Shown here: piece after piece, positions 62,607 to 64,000 of the stretch | Position numbering within the stretch: position 1 is the stretch's first letter | How the letters are laid out: each line of letters starts with the position of its first letter | From: Candidatus Woesearchaeota archaeon CG10_big_fil_rev_8_21_14_0_10_45_16 | Lineage (GTDB): Archaea; Nanobdellota; Nanobdellia; Woesearchaeales; GW2011-AR9 | Assembly (NCBI GenBank): GCA_002762785.1 | Contig: PCXY01000003.1 | Coordinates: 3,317-67,316, forward strand | Direction of reading: 5' to 3' | Length of the DNA: 64,000 bases | The notes under the pieces: generated by a model | Seen by the model: only the letters and a program-made list of their open reading frames with translations | Told to the model about the DNA's origin: nothing | Databases searched by the model: none | Translations under genes and position numbers: made by a program

Positions 62607-62685
62607 AAAATTAAACTTAACGATGTTATGTCGTGGGGACTTTATGTCCCCAGCCGAGCGTTAGCGAGGAAGTTTTCTTCCACCG
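62607..62685 (+). repeat. island repeat copy R3
   Basis: AAAATTAAACTTAACGATGTTATGTCGT-GGGGAC-TTTAT-GTCCCC-AGCCGAGCGTTAGCGAGGAAGTTTTC. Confidence 0.85.
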
Positions 62686-62726
62686 AACATACAAGGATTA
62701 GCACCAAAATTTCTAATGATTATTTT

Positions 62727-63416
62727 TTATGGAGAATAAGCAGCAGTTCTTTCATTTAGACTAGCACTAATAGTAATAGCACTCTCAAATTCTTCTCTAT
62801 GGGGGGCTAATACATCCCCTAGAACTTTTCCTAAAGCAAATTCGTGTTGATCAAAGGCATACTCACGAACCCCATGTAATGGAAAATGTTCTCTTGGTTT
62901 TTCTAAGGATCTATACATTCCCTCTGCTAGTCTAAATGTGAGACTCATGTCTCTTAAGGAGGATAGTGCTTTTTGTGCTTCTCTTTCTCTTTTTGCAACA
63001 TCTAATTCTCCTCCGTAAAGAAGAGTTGATTCTATTGCTCCAATAACAACCTGAGAAAATTTTTGAGCTGTTTCGTAGGCAGCAAGTTCATCAGTTCCAA
63101 ATTCATATTCTCTTGGACAAAAATTTTCATTTGCTAGAACTGCTGCTAAATCTCTACCTGCAAAATCAAATAATGTGGATATTTCTGAAGCACCGCCTCG
63201 TCTAAATAATTGATGTATTCCACCAGCCATTAATTGTGTATAGTCTGGTGCTTCTTGTCCTTGGGCCGCGTAAAGAATTCTAGCTTGAACAGCTACAAAG
63301 CCCATTACAAATGTTTCTCCTGAGACTTGCATTTTCAGGTAAGAAATATCCTCATTAATAAATGTTACTACTTTAAAATAAGATTTTGCAGAATCAAGAA
63401 CAGGGAAAGGTGCCAA
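62727..63416 (-). CDS. hypothetical 229-aa protein (island)
   Basis: The ORF starts at a TTG. An alternative ATG at 63332 has TTTATTAA ~22 nt upstream. Confidence 0.45.
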   Translation of the reverse strand: MAPFPVLDSAKSYFKVVTFINEDISYLKMQVSGETFVMGFVAVQARILYAAQGQEAPDYTQLMAGGIHQLFRRGGASEISTLFDFAGRDLAAVLANENFCPREYEFGTDELAAYETAQKFSQVVIGAIESTLLYGGELDVAKREREAQKALSSLRDMSLTFRLAEGMYRSLEKPREHFPLHGVREYAFDQHEFALGKVLGDVLAPHREEFESAITISASLNERTAAYSP

Positions 63417-63466
63417 TCCTAAAAAATGTTTAATTATGGCGTTAGCGTCATCAAAATAGGTGGAAG

Positions 63467-63555
63467 AAAATTAAGCTTAACGATGTTAAGCAGGGGGGGA
63501 CTTCATGTCCCCCTCGTAGCACGTAGTGCGGAGAAGTATGACGCAGGGAGCCACG
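63467..63555 (+). repeat. island repeat copy R4
   Basis: AAAATTAAGCTTAACGATGTTAAGCAGG-GGGGGAC-TTCAT-GTCCCCC-TCGTAGCACGTAGTGCGGAGAAGTATGACGCA. Confidence 0.85.
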
Positions 63556-63611
63556 TTCTAACACATAGTTTTACAGAATAAAGCGTAAGCAATAAAAGGG
63601 CATTTTTTTCT

Positions 63612-64000
63612 TTAGTTTTTAATAATAGAAATGAGTTGATTGATATAATCTTCAATGTTATTGATATTTTCTACTCTAATAATTCTATCTGACATATGTT
63701 CCAGCATCAAAGGAATTTCTGTCGTATCTTCTGCAAGTAAGATTATTGGTTTATTACTCCCATAAGAAAAACCAACTTCCCCTCCCCAATTAGGTGAAAC
63801 ATTTAAGGCAACTCCGAGGATTTTTTTACTATTGTTAATTCCGTTAATGTTTTGTGAGAATTTCTCATTTGATTCCCCATTTTGATTGGTGTCTCTTTGA
63901 GGTAAATGACAACTAATTCCTCTTCGTTCTAATTCTTCACATAATTTAGGATTAAATGACACATTCCAGTCATTATGAAGTGTTGATGTAATAAAGACGT
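63612..64000 (-). CDS. nucleoside 2-deoxyribosyltransferase-like protein, N-terminus beyond the window
   Basis: 'NWGGEVGFSYGSNKPIILL' resembles the NDT-family D/E-G-T-x-x-E-x-G-x-A...KP-V motif. The frame stays open upstream of the GTG at 63962 (..VFITSTLHNDWN..) to base 64000. Confidence 0.4.
   Translation of the reverse strand, partial: VFITSTLHNDWNVSFNPKLCEELERRGISCHLPQRDTNQNGESNEKFSQNINGINNSKKILGVALNVSPNWGGEVGFSYGSNKPIILLAEDTTEIPLMLEHMSDRIIRVENINNIEDYINQLISIIKN

Noticed and set aside
59259-63555. Calling the island repeats canonical integron attC sites
   Set aside because: The GTTAAG(C/T) end fits GTTRRRY, but its complementary RYYYAAC partner is only 3 nt away. I cannot draw the L''/L' pairing, the cassette genes have their own TATA boxes, and no integrase is visible. 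I kept it only as one hypothesis.

Overview
The window is archaeal. It carries the rpoE'(rpo7)-spt4-rps24e-rps27ae cluster, deoxyhypusine synthase, FtsZ, a GINS-like protein, Bud32 and an archaeal-type CMP kinase. TATA boxes (TTTATAAA-like) sit about 22-25 nt upstream of many start codons, which implies mostly leaderless mRNAs. Small tightly packed genes, many ATGA start/stop overlaps, one 3027-aa surface protein and many orphan membrane or secreted proteins suggest a DPANN-like reduced genome; that placement is inference only. I found no rRNA, tRNA or CRISPR array.

The backbone (1-59.2 kb) mixes housekeeping genes with several unusual items:
- A MutS1 gene split by a 444-aa LAGLIDADG intein inside its Walker A loop.
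- RelA/SpoT-like hydrolase-like and synthetase-like genes.
- Cysteine-less Spt4 and a nearly cysteine-less eS31.
- A 15-bp x6 tandem array in front of an ATP-grasp / FemAB-like / SET gene run, with a convergent M14 peptidase next to it.
- A 176-bp element bounded by inverted repeats and flanked by direct repeats.
- A four-gene ATGA-coupled operon built around the giant glycoprotein.

The last ~4.8 kb (59.2-64.0 kb) is much more AT-rich. It holds orphan genes, an RHH gene and a PIN gene, and is punctuated by four same-orientation copies of a ~80-nt repeat whose internal hairpin shows compensatory changes. I consider this the best candidate for an undescribed cassette or recombination system.

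All functional calls rest on motif recognition by eye; no database search was possible.
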